Positions 11,612-21,983 of a stretch of 64,000 nucleotides of DNA are shown in pieces. The stretch's first letter is position 1. Each line of letters starts with the position of its first letter. The notes beneath the pieces are model-generated. The model was not told where the DNA came from. It was given only the letters and a program-made list of their open reading frames with translations, and searched no databases. Both the position numbers and the translations under genes were made by a program. Source of the DNA: Oopsacas minuta (Eukaryota; Animalia; Porifera); NCBI GenBank assembly GCA_024704765.1, contig JAKMXF010000317.1, positions 248,160 through 312,159 on the forward strand, in the 5' to 3' direction.

Positions 11612-12013
11612 TTAACTCACCATCATAAACGGTACAATTTCGACCAGATCTAACATTACAGATTTTTCCTGAGCAGATCTAGCCTGTGCTGAGCTATGCA
11701 TCTGAGCTAGTTTCTCATTTGAATAATTCAGAAATTTCTCCACTACAAAATGAAATATATTCAAATTCTGAGACCAGATAATTCGGAATTGATAGAGACC
11801 ATTTTTAGCAGAGGTAGTCTTCCCGTGATCAACACGAAGCTGACAGAATTTGATTATCACTAAACTTTGTTCATTCACTTTATCTTCGTTACGTTTATTC
11901 CTGAGGACACCGAGTAGAACTTCTATAGCATCGCCGTATTTCTCTACTTCAATGAACTCATCTGTACGCTTTATAGAAAATTCTGGATTACCAGAAAACC
12001 CAGGTTTAGACAT
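11612..12013 (-). pseudogene. EIF3A: N-terminal fragment of translation initiation factor eIF3 subunit A
   Basis: PEFSIKRTDEFIEVEK...A.EVL..VL.NKR...KFCQL.VD..K...AKNGLYQFR aligns with eIF3a residues about 1-125. No continuation was recognised downstream. Confidence 0.7.
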
Positions 12014-12829
12014 CTGGGACAATTTTAAACTAAACTCATGAGAATATTACGAATATAGTAGAGTAGAACAGTCAAACTTGACTTAAATTGATGGAAAACT
12101 CTGTATGCTATACATAATAATGGTAAAGTGTACATAGCGGCCATACAAAAGCGTTACCTTCCAAAATTCCATTGCAATGAACTCTTTATAGTGGTTACCT
12201 GGTCAATGCATACAGTGGCGTACTTGTCAACTGTCCTGCCTTCTGACTGGACTTCTCTATTTATTGGTCATGCATTTCATAAAGTGGAGGATAAATAATC
12301 GTAAACATCGATTTAGTGATGATTCTGGTTGTATCGTTATAATCATTAACTTTGATCCTATGGTGCATGACCCATCGCTAACCTGAAATTCACTACCTAG
12401 TCCTATAATATATCATAACCAATATCGAATGTAACAACATTAGGTCAATGCTAAATAGTTAATCCTTAAAGCATCTCTAGTGGGTGCTTAGGAGCAAGCG
12501 CGGGTCCTACTTCTATACTGGAGACGTTTTCAGGTGTTTCTAAGAAATAGCTTAACTTTAATGAGGAGCGCCCTCATCGGACTTCGTTTTAGCATAATGA
12601 CACTTTGCATCTCCCTATAGTAGATGATGTAATTATATATAAATAAAGGAGAATATCGTATCGAGGTTTTAGATTAGAAATTTGACGTTAATCGCAAAAC
12701 TAGAAATAGAAGGATAGTGCGGGCCTATGGCGTCATTATAACATAAAGGCATCCTCAATAAGATGTGAAATATCAATAAGGAATAATACATAATATGGGA
12801 AGAGTATAGTTAGCTCAAATGTAACAAAA

Positions 12830-13379
12830 TCTACAATATTAAATCTCAATTGTTGTTTGTTTGTCCAGTGTCACGGAAAGGGTTTACGGGATGCAATTTG
12901 ATTGTCGCATAACTAAGTATTTATCGTGTTTATCAAGAAAGTAAATAGAATTAAATACAACTCCATTAAATATATCGAACATGCTGAATCCGAGTTTCAC
13001 ACTTTTGGATTATCATATGGAAATTTATTGTTGTTTTTATGAATATAAAGTAAACAAATTTCAAAATTGAGGTAGTATCATACTTTCAACGACTATTCTG
13101 GGGTAATAGTGTATGCTGAGTCCGAATATGGTATTGTAAACGACATATTGTGAATATTAGTTTACTTTTAGGTATATAAAGTAAACAAATTTCAATATTG
13201 TTGTAGAATCATACTTTCACAGACTATACTGATATACTCGAATATGCTGTGTCTGAATATTGTAAACAACATCAATAATATTAAATCTCAATTGTTGTTC
13301 GTCTGTTTGTTTGTCCTTTGAATACCTCGAGGCGCAATGCGTCGAGTTCATCGCGAAGCGACGAGCCAAAGGCTCGTAG
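12830..13379 (+). mobile_element. Non-autonomous Helitron-like element (subfamily 1; also 30568-31179, 50774-51440, and 51960-52514 on the minus strand)
   Basis: A|TC start, microsatellite, terminal hairpin ACGAGCC-AAA-GGCTCGT. No target-site duplication relative to the empty paralogous site at 36410-36430. Confidence 0.72.
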
Positions 13380-13434
13380 TTATTATAAGGAAACATAAAC
13401 AAAAGTATGAATATACTAGTAAAATAGAAAAATA

Positions 13435-14283
13435 TCAAAAAATATTGAGACAATGTAGACCTCCAATACAAACTACAATAACTCTTCCTCTATTATCTAC
13501 TGTAATATCGGTGGGATTAGTTAATGAAATCTTGTGTATCAATTCTAATTGAGAGTTGAAAATAGAAATAGAGTGAGAAGAAAAACCTGTAATAAGAATA
13601 TTGTTAGAGTTGTTAATAAAGAAGAAGTATGGAATATACACCTGTAATTTATATACTCTAGAAATAATACTCTTATGCAGAATAAGATTGTAGTTGTACA
13701 GATGAAGACAAGGATTAGATAGATCTAGAATATAAATGAATTCTTTTGTAAGTTTAACATCAAGAGGAGATTCGAGGTTATCTTGTCCAAACTGTGTTCT
13801 GAAAGTAAGTTCTTTGGACAGTATCTGAATACGATTATTATTAGAGTCACATATGTATACCTCTCCGTTAGATTCATTGAATGTCAGACCAAGAGGATCA
13901 TCAAATTCTAATTCTCCTTTCCCAGGTTTGCCTATTATAGAAATAAACTTCCCATTCACTTGATAATTCAGAATACAGTCGCTAATCTGTGAAATTATAA
14001 TTCTATCTCTACATATAGCTAACCCATTTGGATGATACATCTTTCCTTCTCCTTCCTCATCTCCAAATTTATACATAATCTTACCATTACAATCGAATAC
14101 TTTCACACAATTATTCAAGTAATCTGCTACATATATATCTCCAGTAGAATTATCAATAGTCACTCCTTGTGGTCTATAAAGATTTTCTAGCCCCCTTCCC
14201 CTTTTACAAACACTGACTATAGGTTGTATCTTGCTCTTATAGTCGACAGAGAATATTCTCTCCAAAGGACTAGCTGTAGCCAT
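13435..14283 (-). CDS. NHL-repeat protein (propeller only), 282 aa
   Basis: LYRPQGVTID...IYVADYLNNCVKVFD, FDDPLGLTFN...YICDSNNNRIQI repeats. Paralogue of 37885-38727 and 21097-21983. Confidence 0.9.
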   Translation of the reverse strand: MATASPLERIFSVDYKSKIQPIVSVCKRGRGLENLYRPQGVTIDNSTGDIYVADYLNNCVKVFDCNGKIMYKFGDEEGEGKMYHPNGLAICRDRIIISQISDCILNYQVNGKFISIIGKPGKGELEFDDPLGLTFNESNGEVYICDSNNNRIQILSKELTFRTQFGQDNLESPLDVKLTKEFIYILDLSNPCLHLYNYNLILHKSIISRVYKLQVYIPYFFFINNSNNILITGFSSHSISIFNSQLELIHKISLTNPTDITVDNRGRVIVVCIGGLHCLNIF

Positions 14284-14778
14284 TAGTTCTGTTCTGTAAC
14301 TATGAAATACTTCAAATAATATAACTTATCTATATGACTATAAGTAATGAGCTCTAACTATAAATTCAAATCAACACAAATACCTATACAGAGAGATATC
14401 AAATTTCTACAATTAAATGAATATAAGTAGAATACAGAATATTCCGCTATTCTTATATTAATATTTGATCCAGTAGTCCTAACTTGTCCTCCCATGCGAT
14501 ACATAGAGCCACTTAAGGTTTGAAATGGGAATTTCTTTGGGATTTCTCACATGGGAATCGTTCCTATTTCCCGCAAGATATTCATAGGATTCCTTCTCAT
14601 TCCTAAGTCAACCCGAGGGACGCCTCCACGGGGGGCATAGTGGGCAATCCCCCCCTGGCAAGATCTCGTGCCACAGGTCATCCCTTGGCTCAATATGCAA
14701 ACTCTAAATTTCGCCTCCCTTTGCTCGCATAACAATTAGAAATGTCAACTCATGGGAATATGCAAATGTAACTAAAGG

Positions 14779-15483
14779 TCAATTATCAATATTAGAAATA
14801 TAACTAGTAACAAATTCTGTAATCTTGTTACGAATAACTATAGTAGCTTCTAGAGAGTTAAAAGTGGAGTTCAAGTGATGGGAGGAAGTTATCCGTCTGC
14901 GGTATGCCTCCCATTCCTGTGGTTTTTCTCCCTTAATTTAGTGGTTCTGTAGGTCGATGGAGAGGTTCGACAAAACGATATAGTGCGATGGTGCATTAAG
15001 GAGCTTAGCTCCCTTAACTTCGAGAAGTGGGGGACTTGGATAGCAAATGGCGTTCCATTGATGTAATGGTACTGCCCCTGTGAACTCATCAAATTTAACA
15101 ACTCGTTCGAACGAGTATCTGTCAAAATAGCGGTCTCCAGGAGGTTTATTGTAGAATGATTGTCCGAGTCCACGCAAGTTGTTTGAGTCGTAGTAGTTTT
15201 TCCAGTCCTGTGGAGCCCCACTTATACAACACTTGGGCTTGGGCTGCGTACTTTGAGATTGACTGGATGAACCTGTACTCTTCTGGCTGCTCCCAGATGA
15301 GATCAAAAGAAGATGCTCCGTCGACGAGTCGCTGATAAATATTACGCTTTCTTTGAACGGCGGGGGGAGATCTTCTTGGGATTTGGTAACCCGTGGGGAA
15401 TTTGCCCACTGGTCATACGACGAGCCCTTTCGAGTATTGGCAATGGCAGCATTGACATGACAAGGGGAACAGGGTCCTGACAT
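14779..15483 (-). pseudogene. rep: Endogenous CRESS-DNA virus (circovirus-like) Rep gene, copy 1, frameshifted
   Basis: Stitching three frames gives IYQRLVDGASSFDLIWEQPEEYRF (oligomerisation-like) - VLYKWGSTG(T)GKTTT (Walker A) - FYNKPPGDRYFDRYSFERVVKFDEF (Walker B) - LLEVKG - YIVLSN (motif C) - WEAYRRRITS (Arg finger). This is colinear with the circovirus Rep pattern YWKP..KWWDGY.GEEVVVIDDF...VETKG...ILITSN...EALYRRITS. Confidence 0.85.
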
Positions 15484-15797
15484 AAGTTACGGACATGAGT
15501 AGTATTTTCGAGTATAATCATAGCCGTAAGGGAGTACGATAATTCGAGTGGGGTAACTCATTTTATAGATTTACAAGCCAAAAGTTTCGCATACTTACTC
15601 ATATATTAGGAAGGGGACTACTGATAACTTGGGCGGGACTATGCTCAAATATCACCACAGGGAGATTAATGAAACATTTAGGAAGAACTATGCATGTTGA
15701 ATTAAAAGAGAGCTTTGTACTTCGTAGTATTGATGGATAATGAATTCAGAATCCCACGACACCGTAATACCTCGAATAATATCCGGGGCCGCCCGCG

Positions 15798-15852
15798 GGA
15801 AAGGAGTCTCACTAGTTCCCATATTATATGGGAACTAGTGAGACTCCTTTCC
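15798..15852. other. Perfect 23-bp-stem hairpin upstream of rep (candidate viral origin stem-loop)
   Basis: GGAAAGGAGTCTCACTAGTTCCC-ATATTATAT-GGGAACTAGTGAGACTCCTTTCC. A slightly mutated copy lies at 36656-36709. Confidence 0.9.
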
Positions 15853-16199
15853 AGCCAAAGAGAGAAGGGAACGAAAGATGTATCCAGATTATATCACCGA
15901 AGATTAGATCCCTGAATATTGAATTGCCATAATCATTTTGATTCTCTGGCCTTCTTGAGAGTGAAATATCAGGAAGTGCAACACTAAAGTAACATGTATG
16001 CACTGGGCATTACAGGGCTGTAGGAAGTTAAGCCAAACGATTTTGTAGATATCGTTTTCCGAAGTATGTTAATGCAAATACACACATGACCTAATATATT
16101 AATACTTAACATACATGATAGAAGTTGATAGAAGTTTTGAAATTTGAATCACAGGTACCCCTCAATGTGACAAATGTACTGACAGCATGATTCTGACTA

Positions 16200-17446
16200 A
16201 AAGCTAACTCATTATGCAACTATTACGTCATCATGACTGTACAAACATTCAAAATTTTCCAAATTCGAAAGTTTTAGAATTTCTTATACATGAAGCATGA
16301 AGTACAGAGATTACTAACCAAAAGCCACGTAAGAGCTCGAGCATTACCACAGAAGGCCATTTAATAGGATTTGGAAGAACCATACAGTCAAGGGACAAAA
16401 GTATTCGACCACACAAATATATTGTCATAAATTGCATACTCTTTCCCGCTCCTATATATACTGTGTAGTCTATATTCGTAGCTGCAGTCTAGTAGTTTGC
16501 ATAGAATATCATATGTTTTCAACTTTTCAAAAAATGTTTTCGATTTACACTCTTTGAAGGTGTTAATTAATAATAATTATTAGATTGTTATTGATAGTCA
16601 AAATATGTGGTAATTCAAAACCTATTAAGAATCAAAAATTTCTAACTTGATATTTGAATTCTACATAGGCGAGTTACCCCAGATACAAATTTCCAATGGG
16701 ATTGAACAATTTTTACCAAAGTTATAGAAAAATTTCAATTTGTGCCACTTTTGCAAAAGTGACACAGGTGGCAGGAAAAGCGCCACTACAAGGAAATCAA
16801 CTAGGGTTATGAGGAATAAGTCAAAGTAATATTTTCGAATGATATGACTATGCTAACCCTTGAATTCCAAAATAACCTATTAGTTGCGGCCACTTGTGCC
16901 ACCTTGGGCAAATGTGGCACAAATTGCACAAATTGAAATTCTTCTATAACTTTGGTAAAATTGTTGAATCCCATTAAAAATTTGAATTTGTGGTAACTCG
17001 CCTACGTGGAACCCAAATATCAAGTCAGAAATTATAGATTCTTAATAGGTTTTGAATTACCACATATTTTGATTATCAATAATTATCTAATAATAATTAA
17101 TAATTAACACCTTCAAAATGTGTGAATCGAAAATATTTTTCGAAATTCTTGAAAACCATGTTATTCTATGCAAATTACTAGATTGCAGCTATGAATATAG
17201 ACTACACAATATATAGGAGCGGGAAAGAGTATACAATTTATGACAATATTTGTGTGGTCGAATACTTTTGTCTCTTGACTGTAGATATTAAAAATTCACA
17301 AAAATTAACCTCGAGGTACGTAGTGCTGAGTATATCCCGTCATATAGATGCCAAAAGCACTGACAAATATAGTTGTTTCATACATTTGTTAAAATAAGGG
17401 ACAAGTTAAAGGATATATCTGCCCTAGCAAAGCGAAGCCCGCTAGT
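16200..17446 (+). repeat. Dispersed repeat with a Helitron-like 3' end (gcgaagcccgctagt), interrupted by a foldback MITE; uninterrupted relative at about 48290-48600
   Basis: ttactaaccaaaagccacgtaa...ttaccac and aaaattaacc..gagg.acgtagtg are shared with 48390-48520. Confidence 0.6.
16385..17281. mobile_element. Foldback Tc1-like MITE with about 360-bp TIRs (copy 1)
   Basis: TA|cagtcaagggacaaaagtattcg...cttgactg|TA. Long arms surround a core of about 190 bp that is the reverse complement of the core at 59540-59725. Confidence 0.9.
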
Positions 17447-17486
17447 ATCCAATTATAACTCGATAATCGTTAAAATTCTTATCCAA

Positions 17487-17837
17487 TCAGTATAACCAAT
17501 TTATAGTAAATACCCGATTCCCATACCCCCGTAGTAATAACGCTATTTGAATCAATTGTATGGTTCTGCACAATTCTTTCTGAAGTCTGGAAGAGGTTTC
17601 AGAATTATTTGTTATGATATATTGTAGTATTTCACAGCTCTTTTCGTGATCACCTAACCCTGACCATGAAGCAGCCATTCTAAATTGAATTTTGTCAGCA
17701 GTGGTGTCAAGTCTCGCGGCAGCCTCTGCATCTGAGAGAGCAATGATGATGGGATGAAATTCATCATTATGAAAACATGCATAAATTACCAGCTGAGAAT
17801 TTAGGAATCGAAGTCGAAACAAGCTTTTGAATAGCAA
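17487..17837 (-). other. Helical (TPR-like) coding fragment running into a repeat
   Basis: IQFRMAASWSGLGDHEKSCEILQYII resembles a TPR helix pair. The 3' end reads into a dispersed repeat. Confidence 0.3.
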
Positions 17838-19318
17838 AGCTTGAAAATGTTACGTATTTTACCGAATGTTTCTCTGTTTGTAAATCAATTAATGTTATTT
17901 CGACCCGATATAAGTTTGTCATATAGCTAGTATCAATTATTAACTAACACTAATACATCTATTCGAGTCACAATTACAATTATTCGAGAATATTAGAATT
18001 GCCTTTCAAATACAGAGCTTTAACGCACTTCAATTATTGGAGCGCGTCCCACCTCCGGTCCTTATTCAGAAAAGGAGCGGACTCGGACCAGCTCAAGTCA
18101 AAATGGACCGCGGTTCAATCGCGCTCCTTTTCATTATTTCAGATTTACATTAGATTTGCATTTGAAGTAATTAGGATTGAATTTAACAATTGTAGATTCG
18201 GGAAATTGCAAATGTGTGAAACCATTCAATCAATTGTGGATTATACAAAAGTGTCCTAACATCAACTTTGTATAGCAAGAATACTAAAGTCATACAGAAT
18301 AACGATGAAATTTGTAAATTGTTTGCAATTAATAGGAGCACGCTGCTTCTAAAATTAAGCGCCGCTCCACTTTCCTCTCCAGAATCATAAATGAAGCGTG
18401 TTGCTTTAATGATCAGTGTTTAATAAAGCAGTAAATATGTGATACGTAAGGTAATATTAATCTAGATAATTAAATCACAATTGTTGTCTGTCTGTCTGTT
18501 TTTTTGTCCGTTGTCAAGGAAAGGATTTACGGTATGCAATTATGAAATTGTTGCATAACTATGTATTTATCGTGTTTATCAAGGAAGTAAATAGAATTCA
18601 ATAAAAGTTCACTAAATATATCGAACATGCTGAATCCGATTTTCACACTTTTGGGTTAATCATTTGTAAATTTATTGAATATATCGTAAAATAATTGAAA
18701 TATCAAAATATGTGTGAGACTGAGTACGCTGAATCCGAATTTCGCATTTACGTTTCTCATATCTAATTTTGTGGTTTTTATGAATATAAAGTAAAGAAAT
18801 AATTCCAATATATATTTATTAATTCATTTTGCAATTTTTATCCTTTGTCAAATTCGAGGCACAAAGTTCCGAGTTACATGCGAGTGTTCGCAAGGTGCGC
18901 ATCGCGAGCAAACGAAGCGGCTCGTCTAGATGAAATGATATCATCAGATCGGTATGCTTTCAGGCTGTTTCATTACAAAATTTCAAAATGAAATTTTTAC
19001 CAATATTCATCAATAACTATTAATGTTATGGTCAAATAATCTTAAATGTATATACTATACAATCAATTTCCCAAACTTTGATTTTGGGATAAAGACTTTT
19101 CGTGACAAGATGGGTATATTTACACACATGGATATAGGTAATAATTTTATATTCAATAAATTTTGTGGTTACAGAAACAAAAGTATAAAATAACCCTAAA
19201 TTAAAGAACTTTTAATCTTGAAAAGTAAAATGGTAGGAATCTCCTCTTAAGAATTCAAACTTTGGTTTCAGCAAGTAATTCTGTACTAAATTTTGTAATG
19301 CTTTTCTCTTTCTTCAAA

Positions 19319-20310
19319 TTATTTGCGTTTCGAAGGATTCCGCCCACTTACGTAAAACGCTTGTTTAACTTCAACCAACCCTTGTTCTCTCTTAAGTATC
19401 GTTAGAAAACGCCATATACAAGGATGATGGCAAGACATGTGACAAGAAAATGAACGGTGCCATGCATTAACTGCATTATTTGTCCTTAGTAACCCATGCT
19501 GAACCATGAAGTGGTTGTTCCACATTTCCATTGGAAATATTGTTGAGGACATGAAGGGGGGAATTATCGATATGCATACCAATATAAGTAGCTTCAAAGT
19601 ATATTGCCAGGTCGTAAGCTTCCACAGGTAGTTGTGAGAATAGGCTATTGAAAAGTTCAGGTATGTCAGTAGGAGTTGCAAACGCGAGTGCAGGTAGCAT
19701 TCGCACTTTTATTGCATATTCTACATCTTGCATATATCTTGCTGCTAGTCCTAATTGTTGAACTTTACGCCAGACATTTTGACCTTGAACCTTTGTAGTT
19801 AAGAAGTATTGTGAAAACGTATTAATAGAGGCTATTTCAAAATCCACAATTAAATGTGTCGGCCAAGCGGTTGGACATAATTATGTACTTTGTTCCACAT
19901 GTTTCAATATGTATCTTGGGCCTTGTTTGTTAGAAATACATATAAACTTGGGAAAATATGATCAGTGAATATCAAATCCGGCCCTCCTTTCATAGCATGT
20001 ATCACGTACAGTTGATAAAACAAGTTGGGCATGGTTTTAAAGGTGCCATCTGCTAGCCAGATAGTTCCAGATGAGAATAAATACACATTAGCTTGAGTTC
20101 CGAAGATTACGATCCTCTGATTTCCACTTTCCCCGCCAGAATCGTAGAGCAAAAATTGTTGGTCCTTTTTGTTTTAGTATAGCTTCTTGGTATCTCGAGA
20201 TAGTGTAGTGATAGTGGTTGAGGCGGAACGTTTTCGGCTTTATTTCTGCTTTTTCACTATTGTTTTCTTCAAGCTATTTATTTTGGGTAGATGTTTATAG
20301 CAGCCACTCG
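19319..20310 (-). mobile_element. MULE (Mutator-like) transposase remnant
   Basis: WLADGTFKT.PNLFYQLYVIH, MDFEIA.IN, RML.ALAF, YFEATYIG and RTNNAVNAWH, spread over several frames. Confidence 0.85.
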
Positions 20311-20347
20311 ATTACAAAAATACAATCCAAGTTTCGTCGTTATTCGT

Positions 20348-21000
20348 GACGAAACTTGGATTGTATTTTCTGAACCTCTGCGTAAGTAACAAAGGAAATC
20401 GTGGCTCCCAAAAGGTTCTTATCCCCTCGGAAAGGCACGTTCGGACTTCCGAGACGATAAGGTTCTCTACAGCATATTTTTGATGCGTATGAGCAAGTGA
20501 CTCAAATTACTGTGCCTAAAGGAGAACGACTCAATGGAGAATTTTACGCAGATAAATGCATGAGAGAAGTCGAGAAAGTCTATTAAATACGACGTCCGCG
20601 TACTGAAATTCGAGGAATCAAAGTACTCCACGATAAAGCCAGACCTCATGTTTCAAAATACGTTAGGGGAATCATTGAGGATATCGAATTTGAAACGATA
20701 GAACATCCTCCGTATTCCCCAGATCTATCACCTTGTGTTTTTTGGCTATTTTCTGAGCTGAAAAAACATCTCGGAGGACAGCTATTTCATACCCGACAAG
20801 AGCTAGGAAACGGAATTTACAACCTCAATTCAGTGGACAGAGACGAGTACTAGAATAACATTTTCGAAATGGGTTGAAAGGCTACAATTATGCATAGATG
20901 TGGAGGGGGGATATTTCGAACATTTTATGTAGAAATTTGATTAGTAAGTTGTTGTAGTGTCAAGATATTAAACAAAGAGGGAACTTTTTGAATGCCCTAA
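20348..21000 (+). mobile_element. 3' half of a mariner element
   Basis: DETW at the left break, HDKARPH, EHPPYSPDLSPC.FWLF, and a right TIR (gaactttttgaatgccct). Confidence 0.8.
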
Positions 21001-21096
21001 GTTCATAATATGGGAAGAATGTAGTTGGTTCAAATGTAACAAGTGAGTTATTCTAAAGGAAACACAAACGAGTGGATGATATTAGCAAAATAGAAA

Positions 21097-21983
21097 TTAC
21101 AAACAAAAATTGAGACAATATAGACCTAGATTACCAACTACAATAATTCTTCCTCTGTTATCTACTGTAATACCGGTAGGACAAGGTAATGAAATCTTGT
21201 GTATCAATTCTATTTGAGAGTTGAAAATAGAAATAGAGCTAGTAGGATAATCTGTAATGAGAATATTGTTAGAATTGTCAACATGGAAGAACAATGGAGA
21301 AAGCAGCTGGAATCCATCTCCTCTATAAATCACACTCTTATGTAGAATATGATTGTAATTGTACAGATGAAGACAAGGATTATTAGAATGATCAAGAATA
21401 TAAATGAATTTTTTGAGAGTTTAATATCAAGAGGGTATTTGAGTTTATCTTGTCCAAAATGTGTCTTGTAGGTAAGTTCTTTGGACAGTATCTGAATACG
21501 ATTATTACCAGAATCACATATGAATATCTCTCCGTTAGATTCATCGAATGTCAGACTACTAGGATCCTCAAATTCCAATTCTCCTTTCTCAGGATCCCCT
21601 ATTCTAGAAACAAACTCTCCATCAAGTTGATAAATCAGAATATAGTTGCTCCGATGTGTAATTAGAATTCTATTTAGAATTATAGCTAACCCATTTGGAC
21701 GTTTCATCTTTCCTTCTCCTTCCTCACTTCCAAATTTAAACATAATCTGACCATTATTATCGAATGCTTTCACACAATTCTTCCAACTATCTGCTACATA
21801 GATATCTCCTGTGGTATTATCAATAGTCACTGCTTTAGATCCGCAGAGATTTTCTAGCCCCTCTCCCCATTTACAAACACTGATTCTAGGTTGTATCTTG
21901 CTCTTATAGTCTACAGAGAATATCCTCTCTAAAGGATTAGCTGTAGCCATTAGTTCAGTTCTGTAACTAGAATAATGAAACAA
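21097..21983 (-). pseudogene. NHL-repeat paralogue with a 1-bp frameshift
   Basis: Same N-terminus (MATANPLERIFSVDYKSKIQP). A 1-nt loss in the A-run near 21410-21420 (AAA GAA TTC in paralogues) splits the ORF, and the C-terminal blades continue in 21097-21333. Confidence 0.8.

Noticed and set aside
15798-15989. Rep-driven rolling-circle capture as the cause of the NHL duplication
   Set aside because: The duplication boundary lies about 135 bp beyond the hairpin rather than at its loop, and the other boundary coincides with a hAT end.
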